From Rikenellaceae bacterium DTU001 (lineage in GTDB: Bacteria; Bacteroidota; Bacteroidia; Bacteroidales; DTU049), in the NCBI GenBank assembly GCA_001512885.1, contig LFSZ01000031.1, positions 1-51,434 on the forward strand: a stretch of 51,434 nucleotides of DNA, written 5' to 3'. Positions 18,435 to 27,827 of this stretch are shown here, piece by piece. The notes under the pieces were generated by a model. That model ran no database searches. It was not told where the DNA came from and saw only the letters and a list, made by a program, of their open reading frames with translations. Each line of letters starts with the position of its first letter. Position 1 is the first letter of the stretch. The position numbers and the translations under genes were made by a program.

Positions 18435-18992
18435 TTAATATTCCCAATATCTTTCTTCTTTTCCATTTAAATGCAATATTTTTCTACTCAGCACAAAAAA
18501 ATAATCACTTAACCTATTAAGGTAAGAAATTATTAAATCTTTATTTGGTATGACTTCATTATCAGTTAGCTCACATACTCTTCTCTCAGCTCTTCTAATA
18601 ACGGTTCTAATTATATGACAAAATGACGCATTAAAATCACCAATTGGCAAAATAAATTTATTTAGTTTATTTAATGTACTCGCATAATGATCTATTCTAT
18701 CTTCGATAAATTGAATGTTAGTATATGAAAATTTAGGTAGAGAGTCAGCAGAGTTAGATTTATTGGATAAATGAGCTTCTATAACAAAAAGATCACTAAT
18801 AATACGCAACAAATCATCATTTATTTCAACAATATCGATATTATCATATAAAAAACCAATAAAAGCAGTCGCTTCGTCTATATTACCATAAGCTTCTATT
18901 CGAAGATTATATTTTGGAACTTTTTCACCAGATAAAAGTTGAGTATATCCTTTATCACCATATTTAGTATAAATTTTTTCTTGATTTTTCAT
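18435..18992 (-). CDS. pduO: ATP:cob(I)alamin adenosyltransferase, PduO type
   Basis: [26 protein letters not shown] and [10 protein letters not shown]. Confidence 0.93.
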   Translation of the reverse strand: MKNQEKIYTKYGDKGYTQLLSGEKVPKYNLRIEAYGNIDEATAFIGFLYDNIDIVEINDDLLRIISDLFVIEAHLSNKSNSADSLPKFSYTNIQFIEDRIDHYASTLNKLNKFILPIGDFNASFCHIIRTVIRRAERRVCELTDNEVIPNKDLIISYLNRLSDYFFVLSRKILHLNGKEERYWEY

Positions 18993-19720
18993 ATTTCTTG
19001 GTAATTTTTTAAAAAATATTCAGCATTAGCTATATTTAAATTAGCTTGATCACTAATAATTTTACCATCTCTCAATTTCACTATTCTATGACCAAAAGCA
19101 GCGATATCTGGTTCATGAGTAACTAGCACAATAGTATTGCCATCATTGTACAATTTCTCAAATAACGACATGATTTCATAAGAAGAATAACTATCTAGAT
19201 TACCTGTAGGCTCATCAGCCAAAAGTATAGAAGGATTATTTATTAGTGCTCTAGCTATAGCTACGCGTTGTCTCTGACCGCCTGATAGTTCATTAGGTTT
19301 ATGGTACATTCTGTCTTTTAAGCCCACTAAATCTAGCATAGCCACTGCTCGTTCAATTCTTTCTTTTTTAGGTACTCCGGCATATACGAGTGGCAACATC
19401 ACATTTTCTAAAGCATTATAGCGAGGTAACAAATAAAATGTCTGAAAAACGAAGCCAACTTCTTTATTTCTAATATTTGCCAATTCATCATCATCAAGAC
19501 CACTAACGAGCTGATTATTAAGGTAATACTCACCACTAGTAGGTGTATCCAAGCAACCGATTATATTCATTAAAGTAGTTTTTCCTGAACCAGAAGCCCC
19601 CATAATAACAATAAATTCATTTTTACTAATAGTTAAATATATTCCTTGTAATGCTTTTACTTTGATTTGACCAATATTATAATGTTTTTCAATGCCTTTT
19701 AAATAAATAATTTCGTCCAT
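18989..19720 (-). CDS. ABC transporter ATP-binding protein (LolD/MacB-like)
   Basis: [27 protein letters not shown] and VTH. Confidence 0.93.
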   Translation of the reverse strand: MDEIIYLKGIEKHYNIGQIKVKALQGIYLTISKNEFIVIMGASGSGKTTLMNIIGCLDTPTSGEYYLNNQLVSGLDDDELANIRNKEVGFVFQTFYLLPRYNALENVMLPLVYAGVPKKERIERAVAMLDLVGLKDRMYHKPNELSGGQRQRVAIARALINNPSILLADEPTGNLDSYSSYEIMSLFEKLYNDGNTIVLVTHEPDIAAFGHRIVKLRDGKIISDQANLNIANAEYFLKNYQEI

Positions 19721-19950
19721 ATTGATTAGATAATAAAAAACAAAATTACAAGAAAATATACATCATACAAAATATATTTTTACAAAAAAACATACTATCT
19801 AATAAACTTACCCGCTCCCACCCTACTCCTTATTTTTCCTTCACATCTGTCTCATTCTAAAATAAGTTTACAAAAAATTATAATAATTTAAGAAAGTTAA
19901 TTTAATTTAAAAAAAAATTTGTAATTTTGCATTAAAATATTTTAAAAATT

Positions 19951-20313
19951 ATGAAAAAGTTATTTTTAATTGTAGTATTAGCATTTACTATTCCTGTATT
20001 TGTAAATGCACAAGTATCCGTACCAAGTCAAAACAGCCCTACGAAAAAAGCAGAGTTTAAAGTAAAAACTTATTTTCATTGCGAAAATGGGAAAAAATTA
20101 ATTGAAGACCAATTATCTAAAAGGGAAGACATATATTCTGTAAATGCTGATTTAGAAACAAAAATAGTAACTATTGTATATAATCCTGAAAGGTATAAAG
20201 AAACTGATCTGATATATCTAATCCACAAAGTGGGATACTTAACCGAAAAAAGCCCCAAAGACACTAAAATAGAAAAAGCTTGTTCGCATGATCATGAGGG
20301 CGACAAACATTGA
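19951..20313 (+). CDS. Periplasmic heavy-metal-associated (HMA/MerP-like) protein with atypical metal motif
   Basis: Signal peptide; FHCENGKKLIE at the CxxC position; V.ADLETKIVTI.Y and I.KVGY; His-rich tail; TAATTTTG at 19922-19929. Confidence 0.75.
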   Translation: MKKLFLIVVLAFTIPVFVNAQVSVPSQNSPTKKAEFKVKTYFHCENGKKLIEDQLSKREDIYSVNADLETKIVTIVYNPERYKETDLIYLIHKVGYLTEKSPKDTKIEKACSHDHEGDKH

Positions 20314-20402
20314 ATAATTTAAGTTTTTTTTTAAAAAAATAATAATAAAATTTGCAATTTTTTTCTATATAATTCGTTACTTATTCTGATTTTAATATTA
20401 AG

Positions 20403-21215
20403 ATGAAGTTAAAATATAGCTTATTTTTTATATTAATTATAACATTAACTTCTTGTAAAGAAAATGTTGAGTTTAATAAAATTGTAAAAGCTGATGATCC
20501 AGAACTCAAATATGCTAAAGCTATGGAATATTATCAACAAGGCAGTTATTATAAAGCTATACAATTAATCGAAATGATAATACCTTATTATCGTGGTACC
20601 ACTAAATCGCAAGAATTATACTATCATATGGCATGGAGTTATTATTATCAAGGTGATTATATAATGGCTAGTTATCATTTCAAAGAGTTTGCTAGGACAT
20701 TTCCTTCGAGTAAATATGCTGAGGAATGTGCATTTCAAACTGCATATTGTAAATATATGCTAGCACCACCATACTATCTCGATCAATCCATTACAAAGGG
20801 AGCCATAAAAGATTTTCAACTTTTTATCACTAGATATCCTAATAGCGTAAAAGTAAAAGATGCTAAGGAATGCATAGATAAATTGACTGCTAATCTCGAA
20901 AAAAAAGATTTTACAAATTCTAAATTATATTATGATATAAAGGAATATAAAGCTGCAATAGTTTCATTAAATAATTTTATAAAAGATTATCCTGCTTCTA
21001 AATTTAAAGAAGAAGCGCAGTTTTATTTGTGTTTATCTCATTTTTATTATGCTTTAAATAGTGTGGCAGACAAGCAATTACCTAGATTTTTAGAAGCTAT
21101 AGACGTAATTAATAATTTTACTATGTTATATCCAGATAGTCAATATGCAAATAAATTAAATCTAATAAAAGCCGAAATAGAAAAACAAATTGAATCAAAA
21201 CAAAATATATTATGA
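20403..21215 (+). CDS. bamD: Outer membrane protein assembly factor BamD
   Basis: Lipobox LTSC, TPR helices, LDQS.T..AI..FQLFI..YPNS; synteny with rpoZ-coaBC. Confidence 0.9.
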   Translation: MKLKYSLFFILIITLTSCKENVEFNKIVKADDPELKYAKAMEYYQQGSYYKAIQLIEMIIPYYRGTTKSQELYYHMAWSYYYQGDYIMASYHFKEFARTFPSSKYAEECAFQTAYCKYMLAPPYYLDQSITKGAIKDFQLFITRYPNSVKVKDAKECIDKLTANLEKKDFTNSKLYYDIKEYKAAIVSLNNFIKDYPASKFKEEAQFYLCLSHFYYALNSVADKQLPRFLEAIDVINNFTMLYPDSQYANKLNLIKAEIEKQIESKQNIL

Positions 21216-21532
21216 AAAAAAAAGATCATAGGATATGGCAAGAAGCCGTAACCAGAGATATCAAACAAATAAGTGAAATCACTGGTAATATTTACTTGAG
21301 TACTTTAATAATTGGGAAAAGGGCAAATCAAATTAGCCAACAGACAAAAGAAGAACTCGATGAGAGATTATCAGAATTTAAAACTACTGTGGATACATTA
21401 GAGGAATATATAGAAAATGAAGCTCAGATAGAAGTAGCACGTGAGTATGAAATGAAGCCAAAGCCTACATTGATAGCTACTAAGGAATTTTTAAATAAAA
21501 AAATATATTTTCGAATACCAGAGCATCAATAA
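21212..21532 (+). CDS. rpoZ: RNA polymerase omega subunit (Bacteroidota type)
   Basis: TGNIY....I.KRANQI, E..EN..QIE..R.YE..PKPT. Confidence 0.9.
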   Translation: MKKKDHRIWQEAVTRDIKQISEITGNIYLSTLIIGKRANQISQQTKEELDERLSEFKTTVDTLEEYIENEAQIEVAREYEMKPKPTLIATKEFLNKKIYFRIPEHQ

Positions 21533-21542
21533 TCACTGATAA

Positions 21543-22742
21543 ATGTATTTACAAGACAAACATATACTTATAGGTATTAGTGGCAGTATAGCAGCGTATA
21601 AAATTCCTACGCTTATTAGAGTTTTGTTGCAAAATAATGCTGAAGTACGAGTAGTAGCTACTAAAAATGCTCTACAATTTGTCACACCTACAACTATTAG
21701 GACTTTAACTAATTATGATGTTTATACTGATATGTTTGATAATGCAAAATTCACTGGTACTCAACACATTAGCTTAACAGATTGGGCTGATATATTTCTT
21801 ATAGCTCCAGCCACAACTAATATTATTGGCAAAATGGCTCATGGCATAGCTGATGATGCATTGTCAACAACTTTTTTGTCTTTTGATAAGCAAGTATTCA
21901 TAGCCCCTGCTATGAATGTGAAAATGTGGCAACATCCAATTTTACAGCAAAATTTGAAAATTTTAAAAAATATCGGTATAAAAATTTTAAATCCTGATAC
22001 AGGTGAATTAGCATGTGGCTATAAAGGAACTGGCCGTATGATGGAACCACAGCAAATAGTAGATGAGATAAATGCCTTTTTGGGATCTCAATCAGTTTTA
22101 TTGGGAAAAAAAATCTTGGTTACAGCAGGACCAACTTACGAACCGATAGATCCTGTCAGATTTATTGGAAATAAAAGTAGTGGAAAAATGGGCTTCGCTA
22201 TAGCAGAAACTCTAGCGGAAATGGGAGCAGAGGTAATACTCATCGCTGGACCTACTAATCTCTCTATTTCACATCCAAAAGTTACGCGTATCAACGTATT
22301 TACTACTAATGAAATGCTAGATCAGTGCAATAAATATTTTGACCATGTCGATGGCGTGATTATGAATGCCGCAGTATCAGATTATTATCCTATCAACATA
22401 GCTACGGAAAAAATTAAAAAATCTGATTTTTTAAATTTAGAATTAAAAAAAACTCCTGATATTTTACTCGAGTTAAGTAACAAAAAAAATCATCAATGGA
22501 TTGTTGGCTTTGCTCTGGAAACTGAAAATGAAGAGAAAAATGCTATAAATAAACTAAAAAATAAAAATCTAGATGCTATTATTTTGAATAGCGCAAAAAC
22601 TACAGACATAGGTATGGGAAGTGATTTTAATAAAATTACTATTTTTACAAAAAATGGAAAAAAATTGAATACTGATAAATTACCAAAAAAACAAATAGCT
22701 AAATATATTATTGATAATGTTATAGTAGATCTATGTAAATGA
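21543..22742 (+). CDS. coaBC: Phosphopantothenoylcysteine decarboxylase/synthetase
   Basis: GSIAAYK, APAMN, LACG, TAGPTYEPIDPVRFIGN.SSGKMG and VGFALET. Confidence 0.97.
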   Translation: MYLQDKHILIGISGSIAAYKIPTLIRVLLQNNAEVRVVATKNALQFVTPTTIRTLTNYDVYTDMFDNAKFTGTQHISLTDWADIFLIAPATTNIIGKMAHGIADDALSTTFLSFDKQVFIAPAMNVKMWQHPILQQNLKILKNIGIKILNPDTGELACGYKGTGRMMEPQQIVDEINAFLGSQSVLLGKKILVTAGPTYEPIDPVRFIGNKSSGKMGFAIAETLAEMGAEVILIAGPTNLSISHPKVTRINVFTTNEMLDQCNKYFDHVDGVIMNAAVSDYYPINIATEKIKKSDFLNLELKKTPDILLELSNKKNHQWIVGFALETENEEKNAINKLKNKNLDAIILNSAKTTDIGMGSDFNKITIFTKNGKKLNTDKLPKKQIAKYIIDNVIVDLCK

Positions 22743-22754
22743 AATAAAAAAATT

Positions 22755-23669
22755 ATGAAAAAAAATTTTTGTATTTTTTTAATTTTACTAATATTACATC
22801 AAAATGTATCTGTTAATTCTCAAGAATTAAATTGCAATATCTCTATTAATTCGAGTGCTATTACTAACGTAGATCAATCAATTTTTGATAATTTGCAAAG
22901 CTCTATCTACGAATTTATGAATGCTCGCAAATGGACTAATTACAATTTTGAGCCAGAGGAGCGCATAGAATGTTCGATTATAATCACTATTAATAGTTAT
23001 GATAACGTAAATATGTATGGCGGTACTTTTCAGGTACAACTCAGGCGTCCAGTGTATAACACATCCTATCATTCTACTTTGTTTAATTTTCAAGACAAAG
23101 ACATTCAATTTCAATATACTTTAGGTACATCATTAGACTATATAGAAAATACTTTTGTCGGTAATTTAGAATCTCTATTAGCATATTATGCATATCTGTT
23201 TATCGGTTTAGATTTTGATAGTTTTCAGGAATTAGGCGGAAATCCCTTTTACGAAAAAGCATGGTCAGTTATTAATTCTATTCCTGCTAATGCTACACAA
23301 TACAAGGGATGGCGTTCTTATGAAAATCAAAGAAATAGATATTGGATTTTAGAAAATTTAACTAATAAAAGTTATGATAATTATAGAAAAGGTTTTTACC
23401 TATATCATAGACACGGATTAGACATAATGGTTGATGATATTGTAAAAGGTAGGAGCAATATTATTCAAGCAATGAAATTGATCCAACAAGCATATAAAGA
23501 AAAACCAGGATTATTTATTATAAATTTATTTATGACTGCCAAAAGTGATGAATTAGTAAACATTTTCAAACCTGCACCAACTATGGAAAAAACAGAAATA
23601 GTAAATATTTTAAAATCAATAGATCCTATGAATGCATCTAAATATAACGAAATATTAGTATCACAGTAA
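22755..23669 (+). CDS. porD: DUF4835 family protein (PorD-like)
   Basis: QELNC, F.N..KWT, AYYAY.FIG.DFDSF and YHR.GLD; follows coaBC as usual in Bacteroidota. Confidence 0.8.
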   Translation: MKKNFCIFLILLILHQNVSVNSQELNCNISINSSAITNVDQSIFDNLQSSIYEFMNARKWTNYNFEPEERIECSIIITINSYDNVNMYGGTFQVQLRRPVYNTSYHSTLFNFQDKDIQFQYTLGTSLDYIENTFVGNLESLLAYYAYLFIGLDFDSFQELGGNPFYEKAWSVINSIPANATQYKGWRSYENQRNRYWILENLTNKSYDNYRKGFYLYHRHGLDIMVDDIVKGRSNIIQAMKLIQQAYKEKPGLFIINLFMTAKSDELVNIFKPAPTMEKTEIVNILKSIDPMNASKYNEILVSQ

Positions 23670-23802
23670 ATAATTATAATGTAACCTAATTATAAATTTT
23701 TATGTATAAATAACAAGTTAAATGAAATTATTTTTCAATAAATAAAAAATTATTACTTTTGTTTAATAAAAATATATTATTTTTGTAGCAAATAAAAAAA
23801 TA

Positions 23803-24786
23803 ATGAAAAAGAAATACACTTTTATTTTAATATTATTAATTGGAAGCATAACAATTTTAAAGGGTCAAGATCCTCATTTCTCTCAGTATTATGCTAATCC
23901 ATTATATCTAAATCCAGCATTAGCAGGTGCTCAGATATGTCCACGTTTAGCTTTTAATTTTAGAAATCAATGGCCAAGTATTACTGGTACTTATGTTACA
24001 TACAATGCATCTTATGATATGTATATACCGGCTTTATCTGGCGGCATAGGGCTTTTAGTAAATGTAGATCGAGCTGGTGAGGGTATATTAAATACTACTA
24101 TGGCCGGTTTCATGTATGCATTTAGATTAAAAGTTTCAGATAATTTTTATATAAATACAGCTCTACAAGCTACTTTTGTACAGAAATCTCTAGATTGGGA
24201 AAAATTAATTTTCCCCGATCAAATAGATCCTAGGTGGGGTATTATACATAATACAAATGAAATCCCACCAGAAAATTTAACAAAAAATTTTGCTGACTTT
24301 AGTGCTGGTATAGCTGGTTATGGGGATCGTTATTATTTTGGTTTTTCAGCTAGTCATGTTACCACTCCAAACGAAGGATTTACTAGTACTTCTTATTTAC
24401 CTGTTAGATTTACTTTGCACGCTGGTGGCATTATTAGTATAGAATCTAAACCTTATAAAAAATTGACTATAGAGGAAACAACCTTGTCTCCTAATATTTT
24501 ATTTTCTAAACAACAAGATTTCGAAGAGTTTAATTACGGTTTATACTTAAATAAATACCCTTTTGTTGTCGGTACTTGGTTTAGACATAGTACTAAAAAT
24601 CCCGATGCTATCATAGTTTTAGTAGGTTTTATTCAAGAATTATTTCAGATAGGTTATAGTTATGATATTACTGTTTCACGTTTGACTAATCAGTCTGGCG
24701 GTGCTCATGAATTTTCTTTAACATTCAGATTGCCTTGTCCTGTTAAAGCTAAAAAAATTGCTCCTATTAATTGTCCAAAATTTTAA
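23803..24786 (+). CDS. porP: PorP/SprF family T9SS membrane protein
   Basis: QDPHFSQYY.NPLYLNPA, RNQW and GYSYD.T.S.L....GG.HE; TATTTTTG box at 23778-23785. Confidence 0.9.
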   Translation: MKKKYTFILILLIGSITILKGQDPHFSQYYANPLYLNPALAGAQICPRLAFNFRNQWPSITGTYVTYNASYDMYIPALSGGIGLLVNVDRAGEGILNTTMAGFMYAFRLKVSDNFYINTALQATFVQKSLDWEKLIFPDQIDPRWGIIHNTNEIPPENLTKNFADFSAGIAGYGDRYYFGFSASHVTTPNEGFTSTSYLPVRFTLHAGGIISIESKPYKKLTIEETTLSPNILFSKQQDFEEFNYGLYLNKYPFVVGTWFRHSTKNPDAIIVLVGFIQELFQIGYSYDITVSRLTNQSGGAHEFSLTFRLPCPVKAKKIAPINCPKF

Positions 24787-24811
24787 ATTAAATTGAAAAA
24801 TTATATAAATT

Positions 24812-26299
24812 ATGAATATAAAGAGTTTTTTAAAAATTAGCACTTTAAGTTTAGTTTTTATATTTATTATAAGTGCTTGTGCTCAAGAAAAATCACGTAC
24901 TACTGGATGGGTATATAATGATCCCAATTGGGGTGGCTTCGAAGTAGCTCCTTATGAAGAACAAGAAACTGGTCCTGGCTTAGTTCTAGTTACAGGTGGT
25001 ACCTTTGTAATGGGTCGTACTGAACAAGATGTTACTTATCAATGGGACAATGTTCCTAGAAGGGTCTCCGTATCATCTTTTTATATGGATATGGCCGAAG
25101 TAGCTAATGTAGACTATCGTGAATATATATATTGGCTATCAAGAGTATTTGGCACAGATTACCCTGAAGTTGTTAATAAAGCTTTGCCGGATACGTTGGT
25201 ATGGTTATCTCGATTAGGATATAACGATCCATTCGTAGAATATTATTTTCGTCATCCAGCATACAACTTCTACCCTGTAGTAGGTGTTAATTGGCGTCAA
25301 GCAAATGATTATGCTTCGTGGCGTACAGATAGAGTGAATGAATATATTCTAGTACGTGAAGGAATTTTAAAACTAGATAATATGCAGATGAATGAAAACA
25401 ACTTCAATACTGATGCATATCTAGCTGGACAATATGAAGGTATAGTAAAAAATGAATTATATGATTTGAACCCTACTGGCATGGGAACTCGAAAAGTACG
25501 TGTAGAAGATGGCATTTTATTACCTAAATACAGATTACCTACCGAAGCTGAATGGGAATATGCTGCGCTAGGCTTAATAGGCAATACTGTTTATGAACGC
25601 GTTTTAGAACGAAGAGTTTATCCTTGGAATGGACATGTTTTACGTACTGACTATCATAAAAATATGGGAGATTTTGTAGCTAATTTTGTACGCGGTAGAG
25701 GTGATTATATGGGCGTAGCCGGTTATCTAAATGATGGATATGATGCTACAGCTCCTGTTTTTAGCTATTGGCCAAATGATTTCGGACTCTATAATATGGC
25801 TGGCAATGTGGCTGAATGGGTATTAGATGTGTATAGACCTTTATCTTATGAAGATATGGATGAATGGAGACCTTATAGAGGTAATGTATTTATGACAAAA
25901 GTAAGAGACGAAGAAGGTCTGATAGCAGAAAAAGATTCCTTAGGAAGAATACAATGGAGACCTCTGACAGAAGAAGAAGCTAAAAATAGATACAATTTCC
26001 GTTATGCTGATAACAGAGACTATTTAGATGGAGATTACACTAGCTCTATTTATTACGATCAGGCTGATTATTTAGAAGAAGATCAACGAAATAAAATCAT
26101 GTATGAATATGGAAAAACTTCTTTAATAAATAATCAGGCTAGAGTTTATAAAGGTGGTTCTTGGAAAGATCGTGCTTATTTTCTTAGTCCTGGTACTCGT
26201 AGATTTTTAGATGAAGAGATGGCTACTGATTACATAGGGTTTAGATGTGCTATGACTCGTGTGGGAGCTCCAGTGAATTATGGATCTAAAAACAGATAA
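24812..26299 (+). CDS. gldJ: Gliding motility lipoprotein GldJ (FGE-sulfatase fold)
   Basis: Lipobox ISAC; SRTTGW.YND, ALPDTLVW, RHPAY, WRTDRVNE, RLPTEAEWEYAA and GFRC. Confidence 0.88.
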   Translation: MNIKSFLKISTLSLVFIFIISACAQEKSRTTGWVYNDPNWGGFEVAPYEEQETGPGLVLVTGGTFVMGRTEQDVTYQWDNVPRRVSVSSFYMDMAEVANVDYREYIYWLSRVFGTDYPEVVNKALPDTLVWLSRLGYNDPFVEYYFRHPAYNFYPVVGVNWRQANDYASWRTDRVNEYILVREGILKLDNMQMNENNFNTDAYLAGQYEGIVKNELYDLNPTGMGTRKVRVEDGILLPKYRLPTEAEWEYAALGLIGNTVYERVLERRVYPWNGHVLRTDYHKNMGDFVANFVRGRGDYMGVAGYLNDGYDATAPVFSYWPNDFGLYNMAGNVAEWVLDVYRPLSYEDMDEWRPYRGNVFMTKVRDEEGLIAEKDSLGRIQWRPLTEEEAKNRYNFRYADNRDYLDGDYTSSIYYDQADYLEEDQRNKIMYEYGKTSLINNQARVYKGGSWKDRAYFLSPGTRRFLDEEMATDYIGFRCAMTRVGAPVNYGSKNR

Positions 26300-26318
26300 T
26301 TATTTATAATCTTTTATT

Positions 26319-26362
26319 AAAAAAATCAGAGCGTATTTGATAAATATGCTCTGATTTTTTTT
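26319..26362 (+). terminator. Intrinsic terminator after gldJ
   Basis: AAAAAATCAGAGCGTATTT-GAT-AAATATGCTCTGATTTTTTT. Confidence 0.85.
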
Positions 26363-26443
26363 AAAAATTTAAAGAGATAAATTATTACAAAAAATTAAAT
26401 AGTTAATTTTATACTTCAATTTTTATTTAAAAATTTAATAAAC

Positions 26444-27604
26444 ATGAGTCGCATATTAATAGTAGACGATGAAAAGTCTGTAAGAGAGACATTAAGAGAA
26501 ATGCTAGAATATGAAAATTATGAAGTAATAGACGCTGAGAATGCAACTAAAGCTTTAGACTTATTAAGTTCTCAATCTTTTGATGTAATACTTTGTGACA
26601 TCAAGATGCCAGGCATGGATGGTATGGAACTATTGGAAAAAATATTAGAAAATTATGATATACCAGTAATAATGATATCGGGGCATGGTACAATAGAAAC
26701 AGCAGTAGATGCTATCAAAAAAGGAGCTTTCGATTTTATAATAAAACCTTTTGATCTTAATAGATTGCTTATATCTATTCGCAATGCTTTAGATAGATCA
26801 AATTTGATGGAAGAAACTAAAAGACTAAAAAATAAATTATCAAAAAAATATGCATTAATAGGTGATTCGCCTGCAATGAAAAAGCTAAAAGAAAATATAG
26901 AACGTATAGCACCTACTGACGCTAGAGTACTAATAATGGGGGAAAATGGTACTGGTAAAGAAAATATAGCTCATTGGTTACATGAGTTGAGTCCTAGAGC
27001 AAAAGGTCCATTTGTAGAGGTTAATTGTGCAGCTATTCCATCAGAACTAATCGAAAGTGAGCTTTTCGGACACGAAAAAGGTGCTTTTACTTCTGCTATT
27101 AAATCTAAAAAAGGTAGCTTCGAACTAGCTAATAATGGTACTTTGTTTTTAGATGAAATAGGTGATATGAGCTTGGCAGCACAAGCAAAGGTATTGCGTA
27201 CTCTTGAAGAAAATAAAATAACTCGCGTAGGTGGTGAAAAAGATATACCTGTAGATGTAAGAGTAATAGCAGCTACTAATAAAAATTTGGTAGAAGAAAT
27301 CAAAAATAAAAGATTTAGAGAAGATTTATTTCATAGACTTGCTGTTATTATACTAGAAGTGCCACCTCTGAGAGAAAGAAAAGAAGATATACCATTACTA
27401 ATAGACCATTTCGTAAATGAACTCAGCGAATCAATTAAAAAACCCACAATCAAATTTGATGAGAATGCTATTGAGTATCTTATAAATTTGCCCTGGCGTG
27501 GCAATGTAAGAGAACTAAGAAATGTCGTCGAGAGATTAATGATACTTTGCAATGAAAAAGTAAGCTTAGAAGATGTAAAAAACTTCGCAAATCCCTATTA
27601 TTAA
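26444..27604 (+). CDS. Sigma-54-interaction response regulator (NtrX-like, no C-terminal HTH)
   Basis: REC (VDDE, CDIKMP), GENGTGKE, ESELFGHEKGAFTSA, LFLDEIGD and WRGNVREL. Confidence 0.92.
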   Translation: MSRILIVDDEKSVRETLREMLEYENYEVIDAENATKALDLLSSQSFDVILCDIKMPGMDGMELLEKILENYDIPVIMISGHGTIETAVDAIKKGAFDFIIKPFDLNRLLISIRNALDRSNLMEETKRLKNKLSKKYALIGDSPAMKKLKENIERIAPTDARVLIMGENGTGKENIAHWLHELSPRAKGPFVEVNCAAIPSELIESELFGHEKGAFTSAIKSKKGSFELANNGTLFLDEIGDMSLAAQAKVLRTLEENKITRVGGEKDIPVDVRVIAATNKNLVEEIKNKRFREDLFHRLAVIILEVPPLRERKEDIPLLIDHFVNELSESIKKPTIKFDENAIEYLINLPWRGNVRELRNVVERLMILCNEKVSLEDVKNFANPYY

Positions 27605-27827
27605 AATTATTAAAATATACTTGTAATCAATAACTTAATATAAATATATTAATAAAAGTATATCCAATCTCTATTGAGTTTTTATTTATATTAGGCAATC
27701 GAAATCTTGCTAAGCATCACTAACTAAAGGTATAATTTAATTTCGAGTAAATGAAGTTATTTATATGTGAAATGTATATCTTTGGTTAATCCAAAATTTT
27801 ATTAATTTTATAATTAACAAAATAATA

